From: Eledone cirrhosa
Lineage: Eukaryota
Assembly: GCA_964016885.1 (NCBI GenBank)
Contig: OZ024747.1
Span: 33,790,001-33,854,000 of the forward strand
Reading direction: 5' to 3'
Length of the DNA stretch: 64,000 nt
A program made the position numbers and the translations under genes. The notes beneath the pieces are model-generated. The model saw only the letters and a list, made by a program, of their open reading frames with translations, had not been told where the DNA came from and ran no database searches. Shown piece after piece: positions 37,447-51,396 of this stretch (positions are counted from its first letter, which is position 1; each line of letters starts with the position of its first letter).

Positions 37447-39753
37447 ATCATCATCATCATCATCACCGTTTTACGTCCGTTCTTCCACGCTAGCATGGGT
37501 TAGACGGGTTGTCCTGTTGTGGGCAGTGTCTGGTCGGCTGACCATGCCTTGCTCATACAGGAACTGATCTGGCTTGATTTCTACAGCTGGATGCCCTTCC
37601 TAACACCAACCTCATTTACAGTGAGTGCTGGGTGCTTTTTCGTGGCGCCTACACGTCCACTTTACAGTGTGGGCTGGGTGCTTTTTTGCCGTGGCACCTC
37701 CACGACCACCTTGCGGTGGGGGGGGGGGCATATTGTTTATATGCTTCAGCATGTACCCATGGGAGGTCGGGTACCCTGTATTACTGCGTGACGCCAGAAG
37801 TCACGGTCGTGTGTCATTGACTTTGAGAGGTGTAGTTGGGTAAGGTCGGCTTTTATCACCTCATCCCAAGTCATCTTGGGTCTCCCCACTCCGCGGTTTC
37901 CATCAACTTCTAGTGCTCTGCACCTTTTTATGCAGCTGTCATCCTTCATACGCATCACATGTCCATACCAGCGTAACCGCCTCTCCTGCACGCAGCATTT
38001 GATTCCTCTTATGCTCAGTCTCTCTCTCAATTCATTTATGCTTTGTCGTTCACGTATATTACTGTTACACATCCATCGGAGCATGCAGGCTTCGTTTCTC
38101 TCTAATCTACGTAAGTCTTCCACCTTCAGCGCCCAGGTCTCACTACCATGCAACATCGCTGTTCGGATACACGCATCATACAGTCTGCCTTTCATTCTGA
38201 GGGAGAAGCCTTTTGCAGCTAGCAGTGGTAGTAGTTCCCTAAACTTCTTCCATCCCGTTCTTACCCTAGTTATTGTACTTTCTGAGCACCCACCTCCGTT
38301 GCTAATTCGGTCACCTAGGTAGCAGAAGCTGTCTACTGTTTCTACAGGGCCCTCCCAGAGATTGGTGGTACTTGTTTCCTGTGGCTGTTTGCTTGCTGTT
38401 TCAGCACAGCTGCTGCATGTGAATCCTACATTCTTAATTAAGCTTCCTGAGATCCCGCTACATCTCTTGTGTACCCATTGTTTGCATTTGGGGCAAAGAA
38501 TGGAGTTCCTACCTACACCTTTCCTACATACTGAGCAAGGCCATTTCCCTGAGGGGATCTGGGTTCTGTTTTCTCGTCTACTTATAAGGACCTTAGTCTT
38601 TGTCATGTTGACTTTGAGGCCCTTTCTCTCTAGTCCCTGCTTCCAGGTTTGGAATTTATTCTCTAGTTCTACCATAGATTCAGCTATGAGTGCGAGGTCA
38701 TCAGCATACAGGAGTTCCCATGGGCATCCGGTCTTAAACTCCTCCGTTATTGCCTGCAGGACTATGATGAACAGGAGAGGGCTAAGAACAGAGCCCTGGT
38801 GGACCCCAACCTGTACGCTAAATTCCTCGCTATACTCATTGCCAATACTAACTTTGCTGACTGCTCCCCTATACATGGCTTGTACCGCTTTCACAAGCCA
38901 TTCATCTACTCCTAGTTTTCTAAGAGCCCACCAGATTACTGCACGTGGAACTCTGTCAAAGGCTTTCTCAAGGTCGACAAATGCCAAGTAGAGTGGCTTA
39001 CTTTTAGCTAGGTACTTTTCCTGTAATTGCCTCACAAGGAAGAGCGCATCAGTGGTGCCTTTCCCTGGTACAAACCCAAATTGCATCTCGTCTATATTCA
39101 CCCGGTCCCTAATCAGCTGTGCTATAACTCTTTCTGTTACTTTCATGACCTGGTCCATCAACTTTATACCTCTATAGTTTCCTCTATCTAGTGCATCGCC
39201 TTTACCTTTGTAGCAGTTGACAATGATGCTACTGCACCAATCTTTTGGTATGGCCCCCTCTAGTATTACCTGGTTAACGATACGTGTGGTTATAGTGTGA
39301 CCTACAGACCCAGATGCCTTCAGCATCTCGGCAGCTATACCCGATGGACCGGTTGCCTTCCCTATCTTCATATCTCTGATTGCCTTACTTACTACGCTGC
39401 CGCTGACTTGTACTGCTGGTCCCTCTATAGGGTCTACGTGGGGTAGGGTCTCTTCTTCCCATGCATTCTCCTCATTTAGTAATCTATCATAATGACTCTT
39501 CCATGCATCTTTCTTCTCAGCACTTGTGAGGGCAAGCTCACCTTTATCATTCCGGATACACTTCTCTCCAATGACATCACAACTATCTCTGACACACTGC
39601 CTCGCAATCTTGAATACCTCCTGTTTCTGGTCCTCACGTTGTAAAACATGCTTGAATTTTCTATCCTCTGCTTCCCTCCTAGCTAAGTATACTTGTCGCC
39701 TAGCTTCCCTCTTGGTCTCTATGTAATGTACCCTGCTCCCCCCGTTCTTCCAT
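37447..39753 (-). mobile_element. Young 5'-truncated RTE LINE (lineage B)
   Basis: Uninterrupted RT frame, 3' UTR and (GAT)n tail; similarity to other RTE copies stops near 39753. Confidence 0.95.
37746..39753 (-). CDS. RTE reverse transcriptase (APE missing) with internal Cys/His PHD-like finger
   Basis: GNYRGIKL, FVDLEKAFDRV, GVHQGSVLSPLLF, LLYADDLAL, CSVC...CPKCKQWVHKRC...CSSC, RLRWYGHVMRM. Confidence 0.92.
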
Positions 39754-40482
39754 TCTTCATATATATGTATATATATATAAGTGCCAGAAAATTCCAGTGG
39801 AGGAAAGCTGCAGTAAAAGTAGACCAATAAATATCTCGATGGAAGTGGTGACCACAAATAACTGAAACTCGCAGACGAGATGATGAAGAAAATCACCAAG
39901 GGTGAAGTGGTGTCATTAAACCAGACAAATTAACTGTTATTGCCTGATACTCTACTAATATAAACATTAGTATTCTCATGGTAGATCTATTTATTATAAA
40001 AGCAGCGAAGATTAACTTTTCTTCAGACTCAAATTATTTATTTATTTTTATTTCTTTGTTTTAGATTCTGAAAAAAGGTAGTTGAGTGGTTCTGGGATAT
40101 CTGATATTGGTACTATTAATGTTCACATTGAAGAGCTGCAATTTGACAGCTGCCAGCACAAACCTCACAAAAAGCAAAGACTTGAACTGCGAGTCAATAC
40201 CAAAAGATTTACTCGGGTAAAAAAGAATAGGAGGACATGATTATGCCTCTCTAACCCTGAAATTATGGAGAATGCATTTAATTATTTGCTAAACAACTGG
40301 GATCAAGGGGAATGATGAAAGATAAATGATAGCCATCCTCTCTTTTTAATTATATATTTTTCTCAGATTTTTTCTTAATTTTTTTTATTTATATAATTAT
40401 ATATTTTCATAGCTTTTTCTTATTTATTCTTTGAAATTTTCTTTTACAAATCCAATATTAGAAGTCTAAAAAAGTCTAAAGT

Positions 40483-40752
40483 CTGTCTTAAACCAGAAGG
40501 CTCATTTGGCCGGTGCTTATCCCGGTTTCATGACGTGAAGCAACTGAGAGTACACGACTCCCCCCTGGACAGGACGCCAGTCCATCATAGGGTTAAACCT
40601 CCAGCTATTGCTGGTACTCATTTCCAGCTGAGTATACTGGAGCAACGTGAAATGAAGTGTTTTGCTCAAGAACACAACACGCAGCCCAGGAATCGAACCC
40701 ACAACATTATGATCGTAAGTCCAACACTCTTACCACTAGGCCACGTGCCTCC
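40483..40752 (-). mobile_element. tRNA-derived SINE family B
   Basis: Minus: GGAGGCACGTGGCCTAGTGG (A box), GGTTCGATTCC (B box), TTGAGCAAAACACTTCATTTCAC, GATGGACTGGCGTCCTGTCCAGGGG. Confidence 0.88.
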
Positions 40753-42446
40753 ACTAGAAGGCTAGCAGTAATATTAGAAGGCTAGCAGTATATTCAACTG
40801 AATATACAAATATCAGGTGCTTATTTTACAAACTCCTGAAAGATGATAGGCAAAGCTAAAAGAGTGAGATTTGAATTCAATGCTGAGAGAGAAAAATAAA
40901 AAATAAATATTGATATCTAATTTAGGGGCAAGGCCAGCAAATTTGGAGGAACAGCAAAATTGACATAGGCAGGATTTCACCTTAGAGTGTAAACAGTACA
41001 ATTACTCAAGGTATTTTACCCAATACTCTACTAATTCTGCCACTTTACCAACCTTTTAGATAAAAGCTAAATATTAGAATGCATTTAAGAATGGTGCTGC
41101 TATATTTCTTCAAAAAATTTCCTTTCTGCTCCAGTCTAATATTTGTGTGAAAATGACATCACTTTAGTAATACTTTAATGAAAACCTACTTATTGTTATT
41201 TTGAAGTTTTGCATATTCCAGTTGTGCTATTATTTGTCACATAGTTTTGCCAAATTCGTTGACAAGAAATAAATATAATTAGCAGTTTTGTTTCCTTGTT
41301 GGTTTAAGTCATTCATGGAAATCACTTTTCTCCACATCAATCTCACATCACTAGTATCGATCACTTTCACAACACATCAACAACAAACAGTTAAATTGTC
41401 CATCAATCAGCAACAACTAAACATCCATGTTTCATTTTAAGATGATAGAGCATCATTTCAGAGAGAACTGAATGTAATATTTAGTGGGTCATCCAACTAT
41501 ATGGCAGCTTTTTCATTGCCTTCATATATTGTATGTAGAAATTAAATGAAAGATTAATCTAGCTGAGATTTCAACATACACATGCTGAGAAAGATGAAAT
41601 TAATACTGTTATCTCTTCAGTTTAATGTTATACTGTTTCATAACTTGTCCCCTCCCCCACCTATTATTTATTATGAATAATATTTGCACAATTGAATTTT
41701 TCATAATATTTACTTGATTGACTTCCAAGATTTCAATCTATTTTAAAATCTTAATAAACATCTTCGAATTTTTAATAAAATTTACTAAGTGTACTGCACA
41801 GAAATGTCAATGGGTATATAGAGAAAAGGACACTTAGCATCATATTTCGTATGTCTAATGCATCAAGGTTAAATTGCAAGAACTTAACTTTGACAGTACC
41901 TGTATCAAGATGCAACTATGAATGAGGAGATGTATCTTTGATAGCACTTATTGTTAAGGTTTATTCATTCAAATGGAAAAAGCTGTTTACCCAGATTTTA
42001 GGACTTTCATAAAATCACCTTTTCAAATGAAATCATGGATCTTGTGCTATATAGTAGGGCTTTGAAGAATATATGATGGTATTGAAAATAGAACATTTTA
42101 AGAAGAATGTATATACCGTGAAAATGGATTTCTTATAAATTTAAATGAAGTTATTAATGTGGTATCTTTTCATTTTCGGTCTATGCCACATAATATGGTA
42201 TTCACTAATGTAAAATGACTTGTGAACATAAACCACTTGAGAATTTGATTATTTCAAAAGAATTCAAACTTCATTTGATAATAATTGTACATGTACTCAA
42301 AGACATAATGTCAACATGGAGGCTAGTTATGCAGAACAATATATCAAAGCAAAATTTGAATAATGTTCAATATTAGAAGAGCATTCTGAATATACATGTT
42401 TAATATTAGCAGCATATGCTAATTACACACCATCACTATATTTATA

Positions 42447-42622
42447 TGAGAGAGAGAGGGGGGTAGAGGAAGTGAGAGAGCGGTAGAGAGACAAAGAGAG
42501 GGGAGATAGATAGTTAGAGAGAGAGAGGGGGGGTAGAGGAAGTGAGAGATTGGTAGAGAGAGAAAGAGAGGGGAGATAGATAGTTAGAAAGAGAGAGAGA
42601 GGGAGGGTGAGAGAGAGAGACA
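42447..42622. repeat. GA-rich compound microsatellite with a duplicated unit of about 70 bp
   Basis: GGGGGTAGAGGAAGTGAGAGA and GGGAGATAGATAGTTAGA each occur twice. Confidence 0.8.
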
Positions 42623-43549
42623 CTGGGCATATATGAGGGAGAGAAAGATCATTGTCAACCCTATCAATATTTTAATGTCTGTTTTTCCATGCATGCATTG
42701 GTTTGACAACTCTGCCATACATCACTACTTGTCTTTATAAACCTTGTTATCTCACTATCTCTTCACGTATGTCTTTGTCTTTGAAAAGTGAGCAGCACCG
42801 ATATTAGGCCGCTCTTTCTCACTCAGCAATCATTATCCATTTGTATTACATTTACATACCAATGCCGTCATCTCTCTTTCATGCATCGACTAACATCTTT
42901 AATACCCAACCAATCTCTCCATTCATTTGTGTACCATCTTTCATGCATGTTAAATATCATATATCAAGCAGAAAATGCATATTTTATGTCTCCTGTCTTC
43001 ACACACTTTCTACAACAAATGCCAAATGTTTCACTACTATGCCTCATCATAAGTTTTACATATTTTATTGGAATCTTCCTTTATTCTCTGAAAGAAACCT
43101 TTCATTACAAACATAAAAGACAATCATTAAATTGAATCAAAGAAACTGTGTTCCCATTCATCTTTCCATTGATGAAACTACCTGCTGGTTGTAACTCCTG
43201 ACACAAACATAAGCAACATCTTCATAAAAATCTTCCATCTCTTGATTAGTTTTGCTCCCCCACGTTTGATCCATCATTTACTTATCCTAGTTAATAAGCC
43301 AATACAGTAGCCTCCGTATGGTTGGTTGAACTGTTAGAAATAAATGCTAATTCTCCCTCTAATCACAACTCACTGTGTCTTCTTTGCTCCCATATTCCTG
43401 AGAGGGTCATGGGAGCAGAGTCCTCAATCACTCTTTCCAGGAGGTCCTGTCAGAAGCAACTGTCTCTAATTGTGGTCATGAATCTAGGTAATGATCAAAA
43501 GAACACAATTGTGAATACAAATGGCCAAAATGGGGTTCCTCCGAAGGGT

Positions 43550-43810
43550 CTTTGGAGTAGCATTACTTGATAGGGTGTGTTAGCTTGGAGATCTGGGAGC
43601 CACTCCAGGTAGAGCCGCTACCTCTCTGTATTGAGAAATTACAATTCCAATATTATAGACAAGTCGTTAGAATGTCTCAGGGAAAAAAAAACCACTGGAA
43701 AGATTTTATTAGCAAAACCAACCAGCAGGAGATCCAAGGGGGACCCTGAGCAAGATGGTTGAATAACATCCATGAGCTAGGGTGGTATCACCTGGGGATC
43801 CAACCAGATC
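43550..43810 (+). mobile_element. Old RTE-type 3' ORF fragment
   Basis: EPLQVEPLPLCIEKLQFQYYRQVVRM followed by GP*ARW, resembling an RTE C-terminus. Confidence 0.5.
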
Positions 43811-45834
43811 ATTTGGAGACTCACTGTCTCAATAAAAAAATAAGAAAAGTTTGGAAAGTGTAGTCTCTAATATACAAAAAGATGAACCTGTCATTACTGG
43901 AAAATCTTTGATCATAATCAGAGTTGGGCTGAAGGGATTGCTTTTTAAGATGAGCTACTCTATAAGAATATGCTAATTTATAATGACACAAAACTTCACA
44001 ATTCAGGATTCTTTGTACCTCTCACACTTACAGAGCAGAATATCAATTAATCACACGCCACCCCCTAATACCTCCAACTCTATTCCTAGCATGATATGCT
44101 AAATGTCTCATTTTGTAGCTAGATTCCTTATATCATCCCTTTCTATATCCATTTCTTGCTGGCCACTCATTTATTTCATATAACACTATTCAAAAGGATT
44201 TTATAGAGCCAGGGCTTTATTAAGTTCTTTTGAGGCCTTATTTTAAATATGAGGATACATATAGCCAAAGAATGCATACAAGTAAACATAAAATATACAA
44301 TCAATTAAAAAGAGAAAAATATGTGTGAGAAAAGTGCATGCTTACTCACATAATGGTATATCATAACAAGGGGTGCTGGAGTTTCCTTCTAGACATTTTT
44401 AGGCAAGTCAACACACCCACAGCATTGCCACGGGTGATAGAAAGGTTAACATGCTGGTATAATCAAGTATCCTCATAGTTATCACCGTCCACTTTTCAGT
44501 TACTGGAGTAGAGTGAAAAGAGAAAGGTCTAGCAATATAAGGAGGTAATATGGCAGTTGATCACTGAAAACAGATTATCTGATGGACATAGATAGTTTAG
44601 TGATAAAGATCTAAATGTCTGAAGTGGAATAACGTGGAATGAAGTGTTTTGCTCAAGAACAAAACACACAACCCAGTCCAGGAATTTGTGTTTGCAAGTC
44701 CAATACCCTTACAACTAAGTCATGCACCTTCAATGTGACAAAAATGACAAGAGTGAAATGGTTTCTAGCAAACCAGCACAAGCAATCAATGGGAAGTTCA
44801 CATGTCAATGTGAAGGCCTCTGCAACCCTTTTATCAGCTAGAAATAACAACCAAATAACTTTTATCAAACATTATTGACTTAAAAAAGGAAGGAAACATT
44901 GTTTAATGTCTTAGATACACTGTCTGGAAAAGGGATTGGATAGGTGTAACTGGAATGTCTGATTATAGGTATCCTAGTTCATAGGTTACATGGGAATAAG
45001 AAATATCAACAAGAAAAGAAGTTTGTAACACTCTCAGTTCATCACCACAGTTTAACATCCATTTCCCATGCTTGCTTGTTTTAGATGTTGTGAGGATAGA
45101 CATGTCAGGTAGCCATGTATTTTGCATACATTTAGTTTTTGTCTTGACGTTCTATGATTGGATGTCCTTCATAATGCCAACCACTTTACATTGTGTACTT
45201 GGAGCATTTTTCATGGCACCAACACACAGTACTTTTTGTCTTACAGGGGTAGAATAACAACAATATCCTTGTTAGATAATTATAGAGCAGAATAACATGA
45301 TAATGTAATTTATCGTCTATAAATAATCAGTTGAAATCCACTGTAGATTTTGCAGTGTGATTAGTTGGGGAAAGACACTTTATTCCATATAACAGAGATT
45401 ATTTGGAGAAGGGGAAAATATGGCAAAACCTCTGAGAAATGTAACTAAATTAATATATATCTCAGGTTGATTATTTTTTAACCTATTTTTGTAAGATATT
45501 TCTGAAGAAAAAATATGACAGTAAAAATCCCTTAGAAATAAAAGAAAAAAACCCAATATTTCTGAAGAAAAAAGTACATGAAGTAAAGTAAAAGATCCTT
45601 TACAAATAAAGGAGACAGATTAGATCACTCAAATTAGAAGTGCGCACAGAATAGAATTTAAATAGAGAGGTAAATATGTAGGTACATATTAATGAGAGAT
45701 AAGCATATCTAAATGTAAACAATAAAAAATTAACCATTAATAGTTTAACATCAAAGGAATATTTCATACTCTTTTCGTTCTGCTTGAACATTTAGTATTG
45801 ATCACCTACTAACTAGTAAGTAGAATATATTAAA

Positions 45835-45995
45835 TCTGTTCCCTTATGCTTAGTCTCTTTCTCAAATTGTTTACGTATTGCTGTTCATGTATATTCCTAT
45901 TACACATCCATCAGAGCATGGAAGCTTCGTTTCTTTCTAATCTACGCAAGTCTTCTGCACTCAATGCCCAGGTCTACTACGATGCAACATTGCTG
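45835..45995 (-). mobile_element. RTE fragment
   Basis: Matches 38005-38160. Confidence 0.8.
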
Positions 45996-46419
45996 TATGT
46001 ATGTGATTTAGGGAAACAGTTATTAAGTGCATTGAAGAAATGTTGAGTATGCTGGTTTGTAGCCGAGAGGAGTGGAGTGAGTTATACCATAAGACAGAAT
46101 GCGATCTAGTCTTGTTTCATTGGATTTGTTATACTTTGTTGGGGGTTCCCTCAGGTGTGTGCTATGAGATTAGGAGGGGGTGTTAGATCTAGTTTTGTAG
46201 CTAGTTGTGGTGGGATTGCTGTGTCACTGAGCTTGTTTATTTATATCCCACCTTCTGGTAGTAGTGATACTATATTTAGGGCATGCTGAATTGGTTCTAT
46301 CTCTGTTTGTGTTGGGTACCTTTGGGTTTATTTTCCGTTAGCGTGTCCCAACTAGTGTTTGTACTATGAGTTTGTTTAAGCTTATGTATGAGTGTGTTGT
46401 TGACTCTATTGCTTCCTAT

Positions 46420-46690
46420 GTATTCTATTTTATTCTGGTATCCAGCTCTAGCTAATGTGTCATTGTAGTAACTAGCTTTTCTATTGAGGGTGTCCCTATT
46501 AGCTGAAAGTCTAGAGAACCTCTGTGCTATACTATTGACTATGGCCTTCATTACAGTCCTAGTGTCGTTGGAGAAGTAGGTAACATAATTAAGGTTTTCA
46601 TTTAATTTATGGTTAATAAAGACCAGAATCAAGGTTTAGGAAATTGGCTATTTTACTGTTAATCCCCATTTCTAGTTTAAGACTGTAATT
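46420..46690 (-). pseudogene. Penelope-like RT thumb-region fragment
   Basis: HKLNENLNYVTYFSNDTRTVMKAIVNSIAQRFSRLSANRDTLNRKASYYNDTLARAGY resembles the PLE pattern KPN..L.Y....SNHP....K....I..R.S.LS........Y..AL...GY. Confidence 0.7.
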
Positions 46691-47816
46691 ACCAAAACAA
46701 TTGATTAGCATTTTCTTATTATTATTTATAGCACTGTTATTGTGGTTAACTAAGTTAAAAGGGCACCATCCCAGTACAAACCTCTGCTCAGTTGAGGTGT
46801 TCTTTTAATTAGGTTTAATTAGGTGGAGAATGTACAATCCATCAAGGTCCATAACTTGGTTTGATATATATATATATACATATACCTATTTCAAACTCGT
46901 ATGTCTGTAGCTTTTAGAACACTTTTCTTAGCACATGAGTATACATAGTTTATACTAAAATATTTTATTTATTAGCTACTAATACATTGTAGTTTGACAT
47001 ATATTGATTTAATAAAAATATACCATTCTTTTGAAAGATTAAATACAAAAGTTACAATGATACAGTTTTGGAATTTAAAGCTGAATTTAGATTGAATTTT
47101 AGAAAATTGATTATCATATCTCAGAATTTTTTATCTAATGCAAGGATGTTGCCACAATCCCATATACTTATAAAATTGAAACAATGATCTTTTTTTTATT
47201 TAAAACCTCACTAATCTTAATATATCCTATCATTTTTATATTAGTTTTTGAAATTTGTAATATTTCTGCTGCTTGAAAAGCCAGCCACATCAAGATTTAC
47301 AAGCCAAAATTTTCTCCAGTGTACACACACCCATGACATATACACATACATATCTATATTTATATATTGACAGTCAACAGTTGATTGACGAGATCCCAGA
47401 CTTAATTCACATAAAAGCGGAGTAGAGCTTGTCAAATTGGACCAATAGAACAAGTTTCAATTGGTTTTTCCAATTGCTAATACTAGCTACCAGTTCTAAA
47501 TCCAGGCAGAAAGAAAAACATGAAATAAAGTGTCTTGATCAACAACATAACGCATCACCTGGTCTCAAACTCACGAACTCGCAATTGTGAATCCAATTCT
47601 CTAACCACTCACCCACATGCTTTATGTTTATTACTCATATGTATATTTCATGTCTATCTACGTATATGTATGTATGCATGTGTGTGTGTATATATATATA
47701 TGATACATATATATAGTGTGTTTGTGAGTGGTGTGTGTGATTGTATGCATGAATGAGTGTTGGTGTGTGAGTGTTTGTGTGTGCGTTGTGTCAATAAGTT
47801 TTTTTTTTTTTTTTTA

Positions 47817-50800
47817 TGACCATGCTGTAAAATGGAGGGGTAGAGAGGGCCCTTGAGTCTAGTAAGACATCCTCTCTAGTGCTGGTGGCACAAATAAAAG
47901 CACCCAGTCCATGCTGTAAAGTGGCGCTGGTGTTAGGAAGGGCATCCAACCAGTGTATCAATGCCAAAACGCTTATCAGCACAGCAACAAATAGGAACAA
48001 CAACAAAATATGAAGACGTCGCATCTCAGAGTTGCAACACTTAATGTTGGCACTCTCAGAGGTAGATCTGCTGAAATAGCGGAGATGCTGGAGAGAAGGC
48101 AGGTAGAAGTGTGCTGCCTGCAAGAGGTGAGATGGAGATGTGCCTCTGCGAGACTAGTCGTAGGCAAGCGTCTTAGCTATAAGCTATTCTGGGTAGGTAA
48201 GGATGATGGGCTAGGGGGAGTAGGCATTTTCCTGGCTGAGAAATGGATCAATAAGACAATAGAGGTAGTTCGAGTTAGTAATCGAATAATTAAGCTTAGA
48301 TTAGTTGTAGGTAGGAGACTACTGACAATCATCTCGGCCTATGCTCCCCAAGCAGGCTTAGGCAAAGATGAGAAAGACTGCTTTTATGAGCAACTTTTGC
48401 AAACAACCGCAATGACAGAGGACGGAGACATTGTTATGCTAGCAGGAGACTTCAATGGTCATGTTGGACAGCTCCAGGATGGTTACACTGGGGTACATGG
48501 TGGGCACGGTTATGGTTCAAGAAATGAAGAAGGAGTGAGACTTCTTGAATTTTGTGATGCGGGTACATTGACTATTTGCAACACAAACTTCCAGAAACCT
48601 ACCAATCACCTATTAACCTACAAATCTGGTGAGCATATAAGCCAGATTGACTTCCTGCTAGTTAGGCAGTGGGACAAGCAGATGGTGTCTAATACGAAGG
48701 CATACCCTGGGGAAGAATGTACCCCACAGCATAGGTTAGTTGTTAGTAATATCTCAGTAAGCAAGAGATGGAATGAGATATATAGGAAGGTGTGGAGAAG
48801 AAAGGTCTGGAAGCTAAAAGACCTTTCACTAAAATAAAAATTTAGGAAAGCCCTTCAAGATGTATATGACGAAAAAGAAGACGATTTACAGACGTATGAC
48901 ATAGATAATAACTGGAATTTCTTATGTGACAACTTGCTGCAGGCTACTGATGAAACCTGTGGCTGGAGCAGAGCTCCAACCAGACAGAGAGTGACCTGGT
49001 GCTGGAACAGCACAGTAGATAAGGCTATTAGAGACAAAAGACTAGCATGGAAGGCTTGGAAAAAGGGTGGGAGTAGGGAAGAATATACAGCCACTAAGAG
49101 AGAAGCTAGACGTCAGGTGTACTTAGCACGCAGGGAGGCAGAGAGTAGGAGGTTTGCCAATGTTCTGCGACGGGAAGATCAGAGGCGTGCAGTGTTCCAC
49201 ATTGCAAGGCAGTGTGTCAATGCAAATCAGGATGTTGTTGGAGATAAGTGTGTCCGGGATGATGCCAGTGTACTTAGTGTCACGAATGATCAGAAAAATG
49301 AGGCCTGGAAATGTCATTATGAGAGACTGATGAATGTAGAGAAGGAATGGGAGAGAGAGAAATTACCCTTGGTGGATCCGACAGAGGGACCAGCTATTGA
49401 GATTGACGAATATAGGGTCCAAGAGGCGATTAGGGAAATGAAAAATGGTAAGGCTGCCGGACCATCGGGAATAGTTGCTGAGATGCTGAAGGCTTCAGGG
49501 GACGTAGGCACTAAACTGGTTGCACGCATCATCAATCAGGCTATATATGGTGGTGTCATACCCAAAGACTGGTGCAGCAGTATTCTCATAAATTGCTACA
49601 AAGGTAAAGGGGATGCTTTGGAGAGGAGCAATTATAGGGGTATAAAACTGATAGATCAGGTTATGAAAGTGGCAGAAAGGATTTTAGCACAACTAATTAG
49701 AGAGAGGGTCAAACTAGATGAGATGCAGTTTGGTTTTGAGCCTGGGAAGAGTACAACAGATGCCCTCTTCTTGGTGAGACAATTGCAAGAGAGGTTCTTA
49801 GAGAAGAATAAGCCACTATACTTAGCCTTTGTTGACCTAGAGAAGGCCTTTGATAGGGTACCCCGATCTGTCATCTGGTGGTCCCTAAGGAAGCTAGGTG
49901 TTGAGGAATGGCTTGTGAGGACAGTGCAACCTTTGTACAGAGGTACTCTCAGTAAAGTCAGGGTAGGAATGGAGTTTAGTGAGGAATTCCAGATACATGT
50001 AGGAGTACATCAGGGTTCGGTCCTCAGCCCGCTCTTGTTCATTATAGTCCTCCAAGCCATAACAGAGGAGTTTAAGACTGGCTGTCCATGGGAACTTCTC
50101 TATGCTGACGATCTGGTTCTTATAGCAGAATCAGTAGAGGAGCTAGAGAATAAATTCTGGCTATGGAAACAGCAGTTGGAAGCAAGAGGACTGAGAGTGA
50201 ATCTAGCTAAGACAAAAGTGTTGATGAGTAGAAAAGAGGACAAAACCCTGATTCCGTCAGGGAAATGGCCATGTTCGATATGCAGAAAAGGAACTGACAT
50301 AAATTCTATAAAATGCACACAATGCAGATCCTGGGTACACAAGAGATGTAGCGGGATAGAAGGCAAACTAACAGGTAGGGAGAAATATGTATGATGTAGA
50401 TGTACAGGGAAATTAGACAGTAGAAGTCGCACTGATAGACACATTTTTCAAATGCAAGAGGGCGCTATAGAAGTGGTGGATAGCTTCCGGTACCTAGGAG
50501 ATCAGATTAGCATGGGAGGAGGGTGTTCCGAGGCCATGGTATCTAGAATAAGGATGGGTTGGAAGAAGTTTAGGGAGCTGCTTCCTCTGTTGACGAAGAA
50601 GGGTTTCTCCCTGCGTACGAAAGGCCGGTTGTATGATGCCTGTGTGAGGAGCGCGATGCTGCATGGTAGTGAGACATGGGCAGCAACTGCAGAGGATATG
50701 CGACGGCTGGAGAGGAATGAGGCAAGCATTCTCCGTTGGATGTGCAGGGTAAATGTACGTGAACGACCCAGCATAAATGTGTTGAGAGAGAAACTGTGTT

Positions 50801-51100
50801 GAGAGGGATAGAATGTAGTGTACGGGAGAGGAGACTGAGGTGGTATGGACATGTGATGCGCATGGAGGATGACCGATGGGTGAAGAAGTTCCAGGAATTG
50901 CCAGTTGAAGTAAGACGTGGTAGAGGTAGACCACGAAAAACATGGGCGCAGGTGGTGAGAACAGACCTCAGATCATTGAAGCTCACGGTGGAGATGACGA
51001 GGGACCGTGACGAGTGGAGAGATGGTGTGCTGAATAAGACCCGTCCCACCCTTGCAAGCAGGGAAAAGCGGACGTAAAATGATGATGATGATGATGATGA
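47817..51100 (+). mobile_element. Essentially full-length RTE LINE (lineage A) with short 3' end and (GAT)n tail
   Basis: 5' UTR with GGTGTTAGGAAGGGCATCC; single APE-RT frame; ends GGAAAAGCGGACGTAAAATGATGATG. Confidence 0.95.
48010..51077 (+). pseudogene. RTE APE-RT polyprotein with two premature stops (48835, 50392) and one frameshift (about 50797)
   Basis: TLNVGTL, CLQEVRW, SAYAPQ, GDFNGHVG, SQIDFLL, QHRLVV, LLYADDLVL; ORFs starting 48010, 48934 and 50452 share one frame. Confidence 0.93.
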
Positions 51101-51396
51101 TAATATATATGTATGTGTGTGTGTGTGTGTATATACATATATGTGTATGTATGTATATGTGTGTGAGTGAATATATGTATGTATATTTATGTTATGTATG
51201 AGTGTTTATATGTATATATATACCTGTATGTGTGTGCATGTATATATATATATATATATGTGTATAAATATATGTGTGTGTGCATGTGTATATATATATG
51301 TGTGTATAAATATATATATATATTTGTATGTGTGCATGTGTTTGCGTGTATATTTGTATATGTGTGTTTATGTGTGTATGTATGTATATTTGTATC

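Noticed and set aside
39754-39899. N-terminus of the 717-aa ORF as real protein
   Set aside because: Frame is open by chance through flanking (TA)n and unrelated DNA; RTE similarity starts near 39753
50392-50394. In-frame TGA at a Cys position as selenocysteine
   Set aside because: The copy also has a TAA stop and a frameshift; the intact relative has Cys; no SECIS recognised
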